NCBI GenBank assembly: GCA_017436675.1
Contig: JAFSCS010000040.1
Coordinates: 17,352-81,351, forward strand
Direction of reading: 5' to 3'
DNA: 64,000 nt
DNA from: Clostridia bacterium
GTDB taxonomy: Bacteria; Bacillota; Clostridia; Oscillospirales; CAG-382
The notes beneath the pieces were generated by a model. It was given only the letters and a program-made list of their open reading frames with translations. It was not told the origin of the DNA and did not search any database. A program made the position numbers and the translations under genes. Shown here in pieces: positions 1-9,247 of this stretch. Position 1 is the first letter of the stretch; each line of letters starts with the position of its first letter.

Positions 1-309
1 TGTGAAATCATAGGGGAAAGAGTCTGTTGTGTAGTTGTAGATGCTTGTGTAAGCGTGGTTAGAACCGGTGATGTTCTCGAATTTCATTGTAACGCTTACT
101 GTGTAGGTCTCACCAACTGTCAATTTAGATCCATCGATCTTAACTGTAAGTTGAGCTTCGGATTGTTCGGAGCCTGCTGTGAGGTGGAGGTAACGTGTGG
201 GGGGGGTTTCTACAGGTGTTTTGATAGCCATGGATACAGCTGCCAAGGACGGAACTGTCATAGCTACTACCAACATAACTGCAACAAACAATACTGCGAG
301 TTTTTTCAT
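1..309 (-). CDS. Secreted protein, N-terminal part (gene continues beyond the left edge)
   Basis: ATG at 309 on the minus strand. Translation MKKLAVLFVAVMLVVAMTVPSLAAVSMAIKTPVETPPT... is a typical signal peptide, and the frame stays open to position 1. It is absent from the ORF track because there is no in-window stop. Confidence 0.5.
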   Translation of the reverse strand, partial: MKKLAVLFVAVMLVVAMTVPSLAAVSMAIKTPVETPPTRYLHLTAGSEQSEAQLTVKIDGSKLTVGETYTVSVTMKFENITGSNHAYTSIYNYTTDSFPYDFT

Positions 310-461
310 AGCGAAAAAAATCCTTTCTTTTTAAAAATTTATGGACTTATTATACACCAATGTTTTTTATTTTGCAATATATTTTTAAAATTTTTTACAA
401 AATATTGCGACTTTTTTAACAAAAAAAGAACTCTTTACGAGAAAGAGTCCTTTATTTTGTG

Positions 462-1694
462 TTATCTAACTTTTTTTGCCACTACAACTGCGCCTGCCAT
501 TGCTACGAGAGCGATGAGTGCGAATACCATTGCAGCGTCGCCTGTAGAGGGGTTAGTAGGTTCGTCAGCTGCGGGAGCATCGGAAGTTACTGTGAACGCA
601 TTGAAGGTTAAGGAAGCGTTACCGCCGCAAGGCATTATCGTTATAGCTTTGATAGTATAGCTATCTGCTGCGGGGATAGTTGCACAGTTAGCGGGAACTG
701 CGCCTACGCCTGATTTACTTCCTACACCGTCTTTAACTTTAAACGAAGTTTTATATTCGCCTTGAACGGAGAGGTCACCTGAACTTGCGGAGATGCTATC
801 GGGAGCAATAGAGTGTTGGATATAGAGAGCGTAATCTTCACCGTTTACATCTACAACAACGTAGAAGTTTACGTAACCGGATGTGAGTGTGAAATCTACT
901 GCGATCTCATCATCTGCGCCAACTACGATGCCTTCATCAAAGTTTGCTGTAATATTCGGCCAGTTAACGTCAGATGCAACCGTCAATTTATCGCCGTCAT
1001 AAGAATATGTGCATTTACCGACAGAACCGCTGTACTCAACGTCTGTTGCGGTCCAAGTAAGATCCTTCGAGATAAGATTATTAACTACCTTATCACTTGC
1101 GGGAGGAGTTGTGGATCCGCCTTCAGATGCTGCGCCGGAAGCGTAAATGTCTACTTCACTAATGAATACCCAGTTGGATTTATGATCGAATACTGCTTTT
1201 ACGTATCTTGCTTCAACAGAGTCAAGAGTGAGAGTGATATCATAGATACCTTCGGATTTCAAAGCAACTGTAGCGTTACCTGCGGATGTCCAAGCAGCTT
1301 TATCAGCACTCACGAGGATCTCAACACCTTCGGGAGCGGAGATGCCTGCACTTGTTGTTTCGTTAGCTTCGATATAAACTTTTGTGATCTTCTCGGTTTT
1401 GCCGAGGTCAACGATGATCGCGCCGGAGGGAGTTTCTGCATCTTTAATATCGTCTGCGCCAACATTAAAGCCTACCCAAGCAGCATCGCTGAAGGAATTG
1501 CTTTCAGCATATTTGTCATCTGTTATTGTTTTGCCCTCTTCATCGGGATATGTTGCGCCACTGAGGTTCGGGAAAACACCGATCAGCTCGTAGCTTTTTC
1601 CGGATGCAACGTCAACGTCTGCTGCCAATACGCAAACAGAAGCCAAAGAAGCGAGAAGAGCAACTGTCAAAATCATAGAAATGATCTTTTTCAT
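462..1694 (-). CDS. Cell-surface protein with a discoidin/F5-8 type C-like carbohydrate-binding domain and a C-terminal sortase-type anchor
   Basis: N-terminal signal peptide (MKKIISMILTVALLASLASVCVLA). A discoidin-like block ends ...KSNWVFISEVDIYA. The C-terminus is NPSTGD followed by a hydrophobic helix and a KKVR tail. RBS AAAGGAG lies upstream. Confidence 0.8.
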   Translation of the reverse strand: MKKIISMILTVALLASLASVCVLAADVDVASGKSYELIGVFPNLSGATYPDEEGKTITDDKYAESNSFSDAAWVGFNVGADDIKDAETPSGAIIVDLGKTEKITKVYIEANETTSAGISAPEGVEILVSADKAAWTSAGNATVALKSEGIYDITLTLDSVEARYVKAVFDHKSNWVFISEVDIYASGAASEGGSTTPPASDKVVNNLISKDLTWTATDVEYSGSVGKCTYSYDGDKLTVASDVNWPNITANFDEGIVVGADDEIAVDFTLTSGYVNFYVVVDVNGEDYALYIQHSIAPDSISASSGDLSVQGEYKTSFKVKDGVGSKSGVGAVPANCATIPAADSYTIKAITIMPCGGNASLTFNAFTVTSDAPAADEPTNPSTGDAAMVFALIALVAMAGAVVVAKKVR

Positions 1695-1888
1695 GAATAT
1701 TTCTCCTTTAAAATTATTTGTTTAATTCATTATATACCCGATAAGAGATTTTGTCAATGATTTTACAATAATTTTACAAATATATTTAACAATTTATTAA
1801 TATTTCGGCAATTTTTTTCATTTTTTTTACTTTTTTCGTTTCCTTTTTTTCCTCTACATATTTTTTCGTTTCGTGGTCACCATAAATT

Positions 1889-3061
1889 GTGAAAGAAACG
1901 AAAGATGAGGTTTTATTGATTTTGAAAAAATTTTTGATCATTTTATTAGCGATCTCACTTTTTGGCGTTTTTATATATGAAGGGATACCCGAAAGCATTT
2001 CCCTGTTTTACGACGAGGTGGAATGTGGGAAGCAGATCGATGGTTATCCTTATATTTATATATCGGAAAACGGCGAGAATGCGATCGCGAAGCTATTTGG
2101 AAAAATCCCGGCGAAGCAGGTGAAGCTCAACGTTTATGAGAGAAAGACGATATCGCCGGGCGGTGAAGCGTTCGGCATCAAATTTCACACGGATGGAGTC
2201 ATCGTTGTCGGGCTGACTTCCGTTACCGACAAGGACGGCGCTCACACACCGGCGAAGGAATGCGGCATTGAGAGAGGTGACGTTATCATTGAGATAAACG
2301 GTACAAAGATAAAAAATGCAGTCCATTTTCGAGAGCTTATTGAGCAAGCTAAGGACGACGTGATCACTTTGAGGGTAAAACGCGGTGACGTTGAAAATGC
2401 GGTTGCGATAAAGAGATACCGTTCTATTGAAGACAACAGATACAAGTTGGGGATTTGGGTACGCGATTCTACGGCAGGTATCGGTACGGTTACTTTTATC
2501 GACAAGGAAAGCGGAGTCTTCGGTGGACTTGGGCACAGTATTTCTGACGTTGACACGAGCATAATTATGCCGCTTGGAGATGCGAGTATTGTTGACGTGA
2601 ACATTACGTCGGTGAAAAAAGGAAGAAACAACTCTCCCGGTGAACTGAGAGGTACATTTTCGCCGATCAAGACGGGGGAGCTTTATAAAAATACGCCGTT
2701 TGGTGTTTTTGGGCAGCTCACCAACACAAAAAACTACTCTGATGAGATACCGATCGGGTTGAAGAATGAAGCGCGCACGGGAAAGGCGTATATCAGATGC
2801 AGTATCGATCACGAGGGAGTAAAGGAATATGAGATCGAGATACTAAAGATCAACGCAAAGGCTTTAGAGGGTAAAAATTTTCTCATCAAGGTAACCGACA
2901 GCTCTCTCATCGAGAAGACAGGCGGTATCGTTCAAGGGATGAGCGGAAGTCCGATTATTCAAGACGGAAAGCTCATCGGTGCTGTGACGCACGTGCTTGT
3001 CGGTGATCCTTTAAAGGGATATGGTATATTTATTGAAAAGATGCTTGATGAGATAGAATAA
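1889..3061 (+). CDS. spoIVB: Stage IV sporulation protein B (SpoIVB peptidase, S55 family)
   Basis: N-terminal TM segment and a PDZ-like region (GIERGDVIIEINGTKI). Peptidase S55 motifs GIWVRDSTAGIGTVTF, GGLGH and GMSGSPII are present. The GTG start is uncertain. Confidence 0.9.
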   Translation: MKETKDEVLLILKKFLIILLAISLFGVFIYEGIPESISLFYDEVECGKQIDGYPYIYISENGENAIAKLFGKIPAKQVKLNVYERKTISPGGEAFGIKFHTDGVIVVGLTSVTDKDGAHTPAKECGIERGDVIIEINGTKIKNAVHFRELIEQAKDDVITLRVKRGDVENAVAIKRYRSIEDNRYKLGIWVRDSTAGIGTVTFIDKESGVFGGLGHSISDVDTSIIMPLGDASIVDVNITSVKKGRNNSPGELRGTFSPIKTGELYKNTPFGVFGQLTNTKNYSDEIPIGLKNEARTGKAYIRCSIDHEGVKEYEIEILKINAKALEGKNFLIKVTDSSLIEKTGGIVQGMSGSPIIQDGKLIGAVTHVLVGDPLKGYGIFIEKMLDEIE

Positions 3062-3068
3062 GTAAAAA

Positions 3069-3095
3069 AGCCGAGGCGACCGTCTCGGTTTTCTG
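3069..3095 (+). terminator. Rho-independent terminator after spoIVB
   Basis: Hairpin gccgag...ctcggt followed by a T-rich run. Confidence 0.6.
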
Positions 3096-3146
3096 CTTTG
3101 AGGCGAGATCTCGCTTTTGCGTTGAGTCGGCACTATGAAGCGGTTA

Positions 3147-3174
3147 TTGTAATATTTTTAAACTTTGGTATAAT
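3147..3174 (+). promoter_or_regulatory. Sigma-A type promoter for the XRE-family gene
   Basis: TTGTAA, 16-nt spacer, TGgTATAAT (extended -10), about 45 nt upstream of the ATG at 3220. Confidence 0.55.
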
Positions 3175-3219
3175 AAATATAGATTTCGAAATCAAATCTT
3201 ATTTACAAGGTGAATTTTT

Positions 3220-4320
3220 ATGACTTTAAATTTTGGAAACAACATAAAACAGCTTCGACTGAAGCGAGGGCTTTCGCAAGAGAAGCTCGCAGAGCGACTT
3301 GGGGTTGCACCGCAATCCGTTTCTAAATGGGAGAGGAACGAGGGATATCCCGACATTACCTTTCTTTTACCTTTGGCGGAATTCTTTGACGTATCACTCG
3401 ACGAGCTTTTGGGCAGAGACAAGGAAAAGAAGGAAGCAAAGATCGTTGATATTCTTGAAAAGATCGAAGAATGCCGTCACAATGGTGATCACGAGACGAA
3501 AAACAGGCTTATTGATCAGGCATATAATGAATTTCCGTATGATTTTCGAATCGTTGATTGGTATATCGTGATGCTTTTGGACGTCGAAGACGTATCGAAA
3601 AACAAACGCAAGATTGAGGAGCTTTGCTCGTATATACTCGCTGAATGTACTATTGAAAGCTGCAGATACGGTGCGTTATCATCTCTTATTGAGCTTTACG
3701 GCAGGATCGGTGATCATGACAAAGCGATATTTTACGCAGATCGGTTGCCCGACATGAACTGTTCGAGAGAATTTGAGAGATGCGGTATTTATCCGATGGG
3801 TGACGAGAGAAATTTCCGTCAAATTGCTGCGTACGTCAATCGAGGGATAGAAAATATACTTTGGTTTCTTTCACAAATAGCTGCAAGAAGAGATTCGCTC
3901 GACGTTTTCGAGAGAATAGAGATACTTGTCCGAGCGGCTTCCATTGGTGAGACTTGCTATCCCGAGGGAGACTTTTGTGTTTGTCACAGCGTTATGGCGG
4001 ACATACATCTTCTTTTGTTCAGGTTTTACTCGCAGGTCGAGAAATATGATGAAGCTCTCATTTCGCTAAAGAAAGCCTTTGAGCACGAAAAGGCGATCGA
4101 CGATATAGTCAACGACGTTGTTTTGCAAAGCTCTGTTATCTTTCGCGGAAATGATTTTGATATGCGAAAGACATACGACGGATGCAAGTGTAACGGCGTA
4201 TGGTGGTTACTCGATCGACTCAAGGAAGACGTTAACACATTTGAGTATTATCAAGGCTCCGATGAATACAAGGCTATTTTGGATCGGTTCAAGCCTTTCG
4301 CTGTTGAAGATAAGACTTAG
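3220..4320 (+). CDS. XRE-family HTH transcriptional regulator with a long helical (TPR-like) C-terminal domain
   Basis: N-terminus IKQLRLKRGLSQEKLAERLGVAPQSVSKWERNEGYPDITFLLPLAEFFDVSLDELL is a canonical HTH_3 motif. Confidence 0.8.
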   Translation: MTLNFGNNIKQLRLKRGLSQEKLAERLGVAPQSVSKWERNEGYPDITFLLPLAEFFDVSLDELLGRDKEKKEAKIVDILEKIEECRHNGDHETKNRLIDQAYNEFPYDFRIVDWYIVMLLDVEDVSKNKRKIEELCSYILAECTIESCRYGALSSLIELYGRIGDHDKAIFYADRLPDMNCSREFERCGIYPMGDERNFRQIAAYVNRGIENILWFLSQIAARRDSLDVFERIEILVRAASIGETCYPEGDFCVCHSVMADIHLLLFRFYSQVEKYDEALISLKKAFEHEKAIDDIVNDVVLQSSVIFRGNDFDMRKTYDGCKCNGVWWLLDRLKEDVNTFEYYQGSDEYKAILDRFKPFAVEDKT

Positions 4321-4327
4321 ATCCATT

Positions 4328-4357
4328 GCCCTCTCGCAAGGAGAGGGCTTTATTTTG
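4328..4357 (+). terminator. Rho-independent terminator
   Basis: Stem gccctctc / gagagggc followed by tttatttt. Confidence 0.7.
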
Positions 4358-4416
4358 TTGATTTTAGAATATTTATATGGTATAATCGTTTTATAACTAA
4401 CAATGAGGGCTTTTAT

Positions 4417-4701
4417 ATGGATAAGATGATAAAAGACGCTATTTTGCGTATTGAAAGTATGGAGGAGCTTTTCGACGAGCTTTCTGCCCGTTTTGATTCG
4501 GTAGGATCTGACATACTTAATGACGAGCGATACAGGGAAAAATTGGACATTTTAACAGAATATTATGAGGGTGGACTATGGATGGCAGACTATGAGCTCG
4601 ACGAAAGCGGACTTCTTCCCTGCGACTTAAAGCGAGGGATACTTTCGGAGGATGGGTTTTATAATTTCCTTTTTGAGTTAGAAGAATCGAAGATAGATTG
4701 A
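4417..4701 (+). CDS. Small conserved protein (DUF4298-like)
   Basis: 94 aa. The motif YYEGGLWMADYELDESGLLPCDLKRGILSEDGFYNFL resembles the DUF4298 family as I recall it. Confidence 0.55.
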   Translation: MDKMIKDAILRIESMEELFDELSARFDSVGSDILNDERYREKLDILTEYYEGGLWMADYELDESGLLPCDLKRGILSEDGFYNFLFELEESKID

Positions 4702-4717
4702 TTTTTGGAGAAGCAAT

Positions 4718-6988
4718 ATGGATATTCTTGTTATTTATCCTTCAAGGTCACACCAAGGATATAAGATCGCCGGTGAGACGTTTTCACAATTGGTAAAAAA
4801 AGTTTCCGGAGATGAGACTTATATTTGCGATGATGAGAATTTCGATGAAAATAAGAGATATGATCTCACCGTTTTGATCGGAAGTGACGCGGTAAACAAC
4901 GTTACCGCATCACTGTATCTCTCGATGAAGACCGATCCTCTCGGTATAAGATATGCCACGGACGATTATTGTATCAGGGGCGTCAGAGACGGCAAAAGGA
5001 GTTATTTGATACTTGCGGGAGGACGCGCCAGATCGACGATCTATGCGGTTTATCGCTACTTCGAGCTTTTTTGCGGTTGTCGATGGTTTTGGGACGGCGA
5101 CAGAACGGGATCGTGCAAGCTTGTTTTTGACAGCATCGACGTTACCGAATCGCCGAGGTTTGAATATCGCGGGCTTCGATATTTTGCTCACAGAAGCTTA
5201 CGTAGGTTTCAAGCTGAGCATTGGGATCTTGATGATTGGAAAAACGAGATCGACTGGATGCTGAAGAAAAGGCTGAATCTATTTATGCTTCGCATCGGGA
5301 TGGACGATCTGTTTCAAAAGGCATTTTCCGATATTGTTGAATATCCAAAGCAGAACGAGCCGTTACCCGAGGCTTTGACGGGATTCGACGACAGGTCGCT
5401 TTTTTGGTCGCTTCAATATCGCGGTGAGTTAAGAAAAAATATACTTCGATATGCGTTTGAGCGTGACTTGATACATCCCGAAGACTGCGGTACGATGACT
5501 CATTGGTATTCTCGTACTCCGATTCAGTTTTTGGAAAAGGTCAAGCCTTGCTTTTTGCCGCAGACTACTAATTTTTACAACGATCCGACAGGTCGCGTTT
5601 GGGATATTCGCGACAAGGATAATTTTGAAAATTATCTAAAGCTGACAGAAACACATATTGATGAATACGGCAAGGATGAGATGTTCCACACCATCGGGCT
5701 CGGTGAACGGCTTTATTCCAAGGATGCCGAAGAGAACAAGCGGATGAAGCTATTCGTTTATCATAAGCTTGTCAACGCGCTGAAGGACAGGTATCCAAAC
5801 GCGCCGCTTCTTGTTGCGAGCTGGGATCTTTGGATGCATTTTTCACCTGACGAGGTAAAGGAGCTCGTTTCCGAATTTGATCCGTCTCAGGTGATACTGT
5901 TCGACTATACGTCAGATACGATGAGAGAAAACAACTTCACGGCTTGGGGTGTTGTTAACAGATTTCCGTGGGTATTCGGGATCTTTGGCGGGTATGAGCA
6001 AAACTCGGAGATACGCGGTTATTATGAATTGATAAACGAGCGGTTAAGCATCGCAAAGAAAGACAAATGCTGCAAGGGCTTGATATTATGGCCCGAGCTT
6101 TCACACGGAGATCCATTCACGTTACATTATTTTACCGCGAATGCTTGGGACGGTGAGCTTTTATCGATAGACGAACACGTGAGAAATTATTGTGCGGATA
6201 GGTATCCAAGCGCTATCAAAGAAAGTATGGTCGATATTTGGGAAAAATTGATCCCGATCGCATCGCTGACTGCTTGGAGCGTTGACGGGACAAACGAGCA
6301 GAACGGGCTTGACATCTTCCCTTCTATTACAAAATTTGCTCGATTTGATAAAAATATGCTCACGAAATATAAGGAAGAATATTCAAGGATAGCCACGCAA
6401 AAGGAGAATGCGATCTATATTCTTCGGAAATTGACCGAAATACCTATTGACGACGATATGGTAAAAAGAGACGTTTTCGACATTGCGAGGACTGTTCTCG
6501 GAAGATTTATAAACTGCAGTATTCTTTCTTTGGAGATTGCTTACGCCACGGGATGTGGTGAGGTCGAATTTCAAGGGTTTGCCGATATTTCCGTTGGGAC
6601 TTTGGCGATGCTTTCGGCTTTGCTCGGCTTACACGATGATTATTCATTGAATGCCACCTTGGAGCATTTGAAGGAGGGCTCGGATATTAGTCCGCTTTTT
6701 GAGGCGACCTTGAAAAGAAATGCTGAGTGTGATTATTGTCGTTCATATATTTTTGAGAACGTTGAATATCTTTATCTTCCCGAGATGATCTCGTATTTTG
6801 GTGCGATCAAAAAAGCGATAGCGGAAGGAAAGGATATTGACCAAAGCTCGTTAGAGAGTGATATTGCAAGGATCAAGGAAAATTATTTTTCCACTCCGCT
6901 TTCGGAGATGATCCGCCCAAAGCTTTCACTGAGCGAAATTTTTGAAGCTTCAATAAAGCTTATTTCTATGATCGATCGATCGTTTTGA
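4718..6988 (+). CDS. Alpha-N-acetylglucosaminidase family protein (GH89/NAGLU-like)
   Basis: 756 aa with a good RBS. STIYAVYRYFELFCGCRWFWDGD parallels the NAGLU N-domain motif (..HRYLRDFCGCHVAWSG). EIDWMLKKRLNLFMLRIGMDDLFQKAF parallels the start of the NAGLU TIM barrel. Confidence 0.7.
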   Translation: MDILVIYPSRSHQGYKIAGETFSQLVKKVSGDETYICDDENFDENKRYDLTVLIGSDAVNNVTASLYLSMKTDPLGIRYATDDYCIRGVRDGKRSYLILAGGRARSTIYAVYRYFELFCGCRWFWDGDRTGSCKLVFDSIDVTESPRFEYRGLRYFAHRSLRRFQAEHWDLDDWKNEIDWMLKKRLNLFMLRIGMDDLFQKAFSDIVEYPKQNEPLPEALTGFDDRSLFWSLQYRGELRKNILRYAFERDLIHPEDCGTMTHWYSRTPIQFLEKVKPCFLPQTTNFYNDPTGRVWDIRDKDNFENYLKLTETHIDEYGKDEMFHTIGLGERLYSKDAEENKRMKLFVYHKLVNALKDRYPNAPLLVASWDLWMHFSPDEVKELVSEFDPSQVILFDYTSDTMRENNFTAWGVVNRFPWVFGIFGGYEQNSEIRGYYELINERLSIAKKDKCCKGLILWPELSHGDPFTLHYFTANAWDGELLSIDEHVRNYCADRYPSAIKESMVDIWEKLIPIASLTAWSVDGTNEQNGLDIFPSITKFARFDKNMLTKYKEEYSRIATQKENAIYILRKLTEIPIDDDMVKRDVFDIARTVLGRFINCSILSLEIAYATGCGEVEFQGFADISVGTLAMLSALLGLHDDYSLNATLEHLKEGSDISPLFEATLKRNAECDYCRSYIFENVEYLYLPEMISYFGAIKKAIAEGKDIDQSSLESDIARIKENYFSTPLSEMIRPKLSLSEIFEASIKLISMIDRSF

Positions 6989-6998
6989 AAGGAAAGTT

Positions 6999-7691
6999 AT
7001 GATAAAGGCAGTATTTTTAGACATTGACAACACTATATTGAGCTTTACGGAATACGTTAAGGATGCGATGAAGAACGGATTTCGCGAATTCGGGCTTGGT
7101 GAATATTCGGAGGATACGTTTATGACCTTTGAGGAGATCAACTCCGGGCTTTGGCACAAGCTCGAAAAGGGTGAGCTGACGCTTGAGGGACTCAAAAAGG
7201 TCAGGTGGAATATGGTTTTCGAAAAGCTTGGGATCTCGTATGACGGAGAAGAGTTCGAGAGATGGTTTCGAAAATATCTTTTCACGAGCGCCATTCCCGA
7301 GCCTAACGCCCTCAAGGTGTTGAAATATCTTTCGGGAAAGTATTGTGTTTGTGCGGCAAGTAACGGACCTTTCGAGCAACAGGTCAACAGACTTCGTGTT
7401 GCGGGGTTTCTCGAGATGTTCGATCATATTTTTGTTTCATCCGATATTGGTTTTCAAAAGCCATCGAAGGAATTTTTCGTCGAGTCCTTCAAGCGATTGA
7501 GCGACGGTGGTATTGTGATCGAGCCGAATGAGGCGATCATTGTCGGAGATTCCGTTTCCTCCGATATGGCGGGCGGGATCGGCTTCGGTATGAAGACCTG
7601 CTTCTATACGCGGGGCGGTATCGGAAAATGTGAGGGAGTGGCGGTGGATCATATTATCGACGATCTGAGTGAGCTTTTCGATATATTATAA
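6999..7691 (+). CDS. HAD-superfamily hydrolase (subfamily IA, YjjG-like nucleotidase type)
   Basis: Motif I FLDIDNTIL and motif IV GDSVSSDMAGG. 230 aa. Confidence 0.85.
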   Translation: MIKAVFLDIDNTILSFTEYVKDAMKNGFREFGLGEYSEDTFMTFEEINSGLWHKLEKGELTLEGLKKVRWNMVFEKLGISYDGEEFERWFRKYLFTSAIPEPNALKVLKYLSGKYCVCAASNGPFEQQVNRLRVAGFLEMFDHIFVSSDIGFQKPSKEFFVESFKRLSDGGIVIEPNEAIIVGDSVSSDMAGGIGFGMKTCFYTRGGIGKCEGVAVDHIIDDLSELFDIL

Positions 7692-7697
7692 AAATGA

Positions 7698-7735
7698 AGA
7701 AAGCAGTCGTGGGAGTTCGACTGCTTTCGTTTTTA
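7698..7735. terminator. Bidirectional terminator between the convergent HAD gene and spo0A
   Basis: Stem gaaagcagtcg / cgactgctttc with T-runs on both strands. Confidence 0.7.
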
Positions 7736-8524
7736 ACCGGCGAAAATGAGGGATCTGTTCGCCATACGGAGATTGTCTGCTATCATTGCGATAAATTCGG
7801 CATTGGTGGGCTTCCCTTTCGAGAGATTTATTGTATAGCCGAAGTATTCGGTCAGGACCTTTATATTACCGCGATCGAACGCGACCTCTATTGAATGGCG
7901 CACAGCACGTTCGACGCGAGACGGAGTTGTATAGAATTCATCTGCCACAGCCGGATAGACGACCTTTGTTATCGCGTTGGTCAGGTTCGGATCGTTCACG
8001 CACATTAATATCGCCGAGCGAATAAATTTATAGCCCTTAATATGTGCGGGGATCCCGATCTCGTGGATGATCTTCGTTACTTGTGCTTCAAGATCGGCTT
8101 GAGCCTGAAGCGGATTTTTGAAGGATTGGCGTTTTTTCTCTTTGTCGGAGAGGCGGATTATACGTTCGGAAAGCACCGTATAGTCGATCGGCTTCAGCAT
8201 ACAATATGCCGCACCTGCTTCGCTGACCTCCTCAAACATATTTTTATTATTGAATGATGCTGCCATTATGAACACGGGTGATTCGTTTCTCAGCTCCTTA
8301 TTCACCTCACGTATCAGCTGCGCTCCGTCGATCTTTCCGAGGTAAAGATCACTTATTACTGCATTCGGCTTCAGGCGGATTATTTTTCCGTAGCCCTCGT
8401 GTCCGTCGGATGCTTCTGCAATTACTTCCACACCACAGCGGCGCAATCCTTGGGCACACTGGCTTCTAAATTCGCTGTTACTGTCAACTATTATCACTTT
8501 TGGGGAAAACTCACTCTTTTGCAT
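7733..8524 (-). CDS. spo0A: Sporulation master regulator Spo0A
   Basis: N-terminal receiver domain (VIIVDSN..., DLYLGKIDG). The Spo0A-specific C-terminal domain is present: IHEIGIPAHIKGYKFIRSAI...ITKVVYPAVADEFYTTPSRVERAVRHSIEVAF...TNAEFIAMIAD. Confidence 0.95.
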   Translation of the reverse strand: MQKSEFSPKVIIVDSNSEFRSQCAQGLRRCGVEVIAEASDGHEGYGKIIRLKPNAVISDLYLGKIDGAQLIREVNKELRNESPVFIMAASFNNKNMFEEVSEAGAAYCMLKPIDYTVLSERIIRLSDKEKKRQSFKNPLQAQADLEAQVTKIIHEIGIPAHIKGYKFIRSAILMCVNDPNLTNAITKVVYPAVADEFYTTPSRVERAVRHSIEVAFDRGNIKVLTEYFGYTINLSKGKPTNAEFIAMIADNLRMANRSLIFAG

Positions 8525-8681
8525 TTTTTTATCCTTTCTTCCTTTTCGCCGATATATTTAACTTTTTTTGGCATTTACTTTTGTTTACGAATGAATATTA
8601 CCATATATTTCCAATTTTGTCAATAGGAAAATTTACATTTTTTGTTAATTCTATGATATTTTTACCAATTAGTTTTTCTTT

Positions 8682-8688
8682 TGACGAA
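8682..8688 (+). promoter_or_regulatory. Candidate Spo0A box (TGNCGAA) upstream of spo0A
   Basis: TGACGAA matches the 0A-box consensus TGNCGAA, about 160 nt upstream of the spo0A start. This is a single 7-mer, so the evidence is weak. Confidence 0.3.
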
Positions 8689-8706
8689 GTATTAGCTTTT
8701 AAATGG

Positions 8707-8740
8707 CAAAAAAAGAAGCACTTGCATATAACAAGTGCTT
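8707..8740 (-). terminator. Terminator downstream of tRNA-Arg
   Basis: Minus-strand hairpin aagcacttg / caagtgctt followed by cttttttt. Confidence 0.7.
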
Positions 8741-8817
8741 TGGCCCGCCCTAAGGGATTTGAACCCCCGACCGTCAGAATCGGAATCTGATGCTCTATCC
8801 AGCTGAGCTAAGGGCGG
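8741..8817 (-). tRNA. tRNA-Arg (anticodon CCG)
   Basis: A 77-nt cloverleaf folded by hand. Acceptor CCGCCCT/AGGGCGG; D arm GCTC-AGCTGGATA-GAGC; anticodon arm TCAGA-TTCCGAT-TCTGA (anticodon CCG). The T arm carries a GTTCAAAT loop, and the 3' CCA is encoded. Confidence 0.9.
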
Positions 8818-9018
8818 ATATATTATTTTCAAAATTATATCACAAAAATGAAGATATGTAAATACCTTTCAAATTTATATTTTTATATTAGTATTTATTG
8901 TAATTGCGATATATATATGATATAATATTTTTATAAACTATTTTGGAGTTGGATTATTATTAGATCATTAAGGGAAATGGTTAATTTAGATGATAAAACT
9001 TGATTTCAGGAGATCGAT

Positions 9019-9243
9019 ATGAAAAATACGAAAATTTGTCCAAAATGCAGATCCAATGATATAGTACGGATCGATGGGTACGCGGGTGCGTATGGTGTTG
9101 GCAACAACATTATGGTTGGAAATACTATTTTTTCGGCAGTTAACGTTAACAGGTATATTTGCTGCAGCTGCGGTTATTCGGAGGAATGGATCGACAAGCA
9201 AGACATCGAAAAGGTTGCAAGCAGCAGAAAGGCGAAGAGATAG
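9019..9243 (+). CDS. Small zinc-ribbon protein
   Basis: 74 aa with CPKC...CCSC cysteine pairs, and GGAG upstream of the ATG. Confidence 0.55.
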   Translation: MKNTKICPKCRSNDIVRIDGYAGAYGVGNNIMVGNTIFSAVNVNRYICCSCGYSEEWIDKQDIEKVASSRKAKR

Positions 9244-9247
9244 AAGG

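Noticed and set aside
813-1760. Long + strand ORF (315 aa), and similar long antisense ORFs at 14930-15781, 31218-32486, 42849-43742, 54537-55406, 56893-58134, 60954-61715 and 61981-62670.
   Set aside because: Each lies entirely opposite a gene with clear family motifs. Their translations are Cys/Phe/Arg-rich and low-complexity, with no RBS or motifs. They are shadow ORFs.
9074-9247. Upstream extension of the GHL10-like gene given in the ORF track (start at 9074).
   Set aside because: It overlaps the zinc-ribbon gene in another frame. The in-frame ATG at 9248 yields a proper signal peptide.
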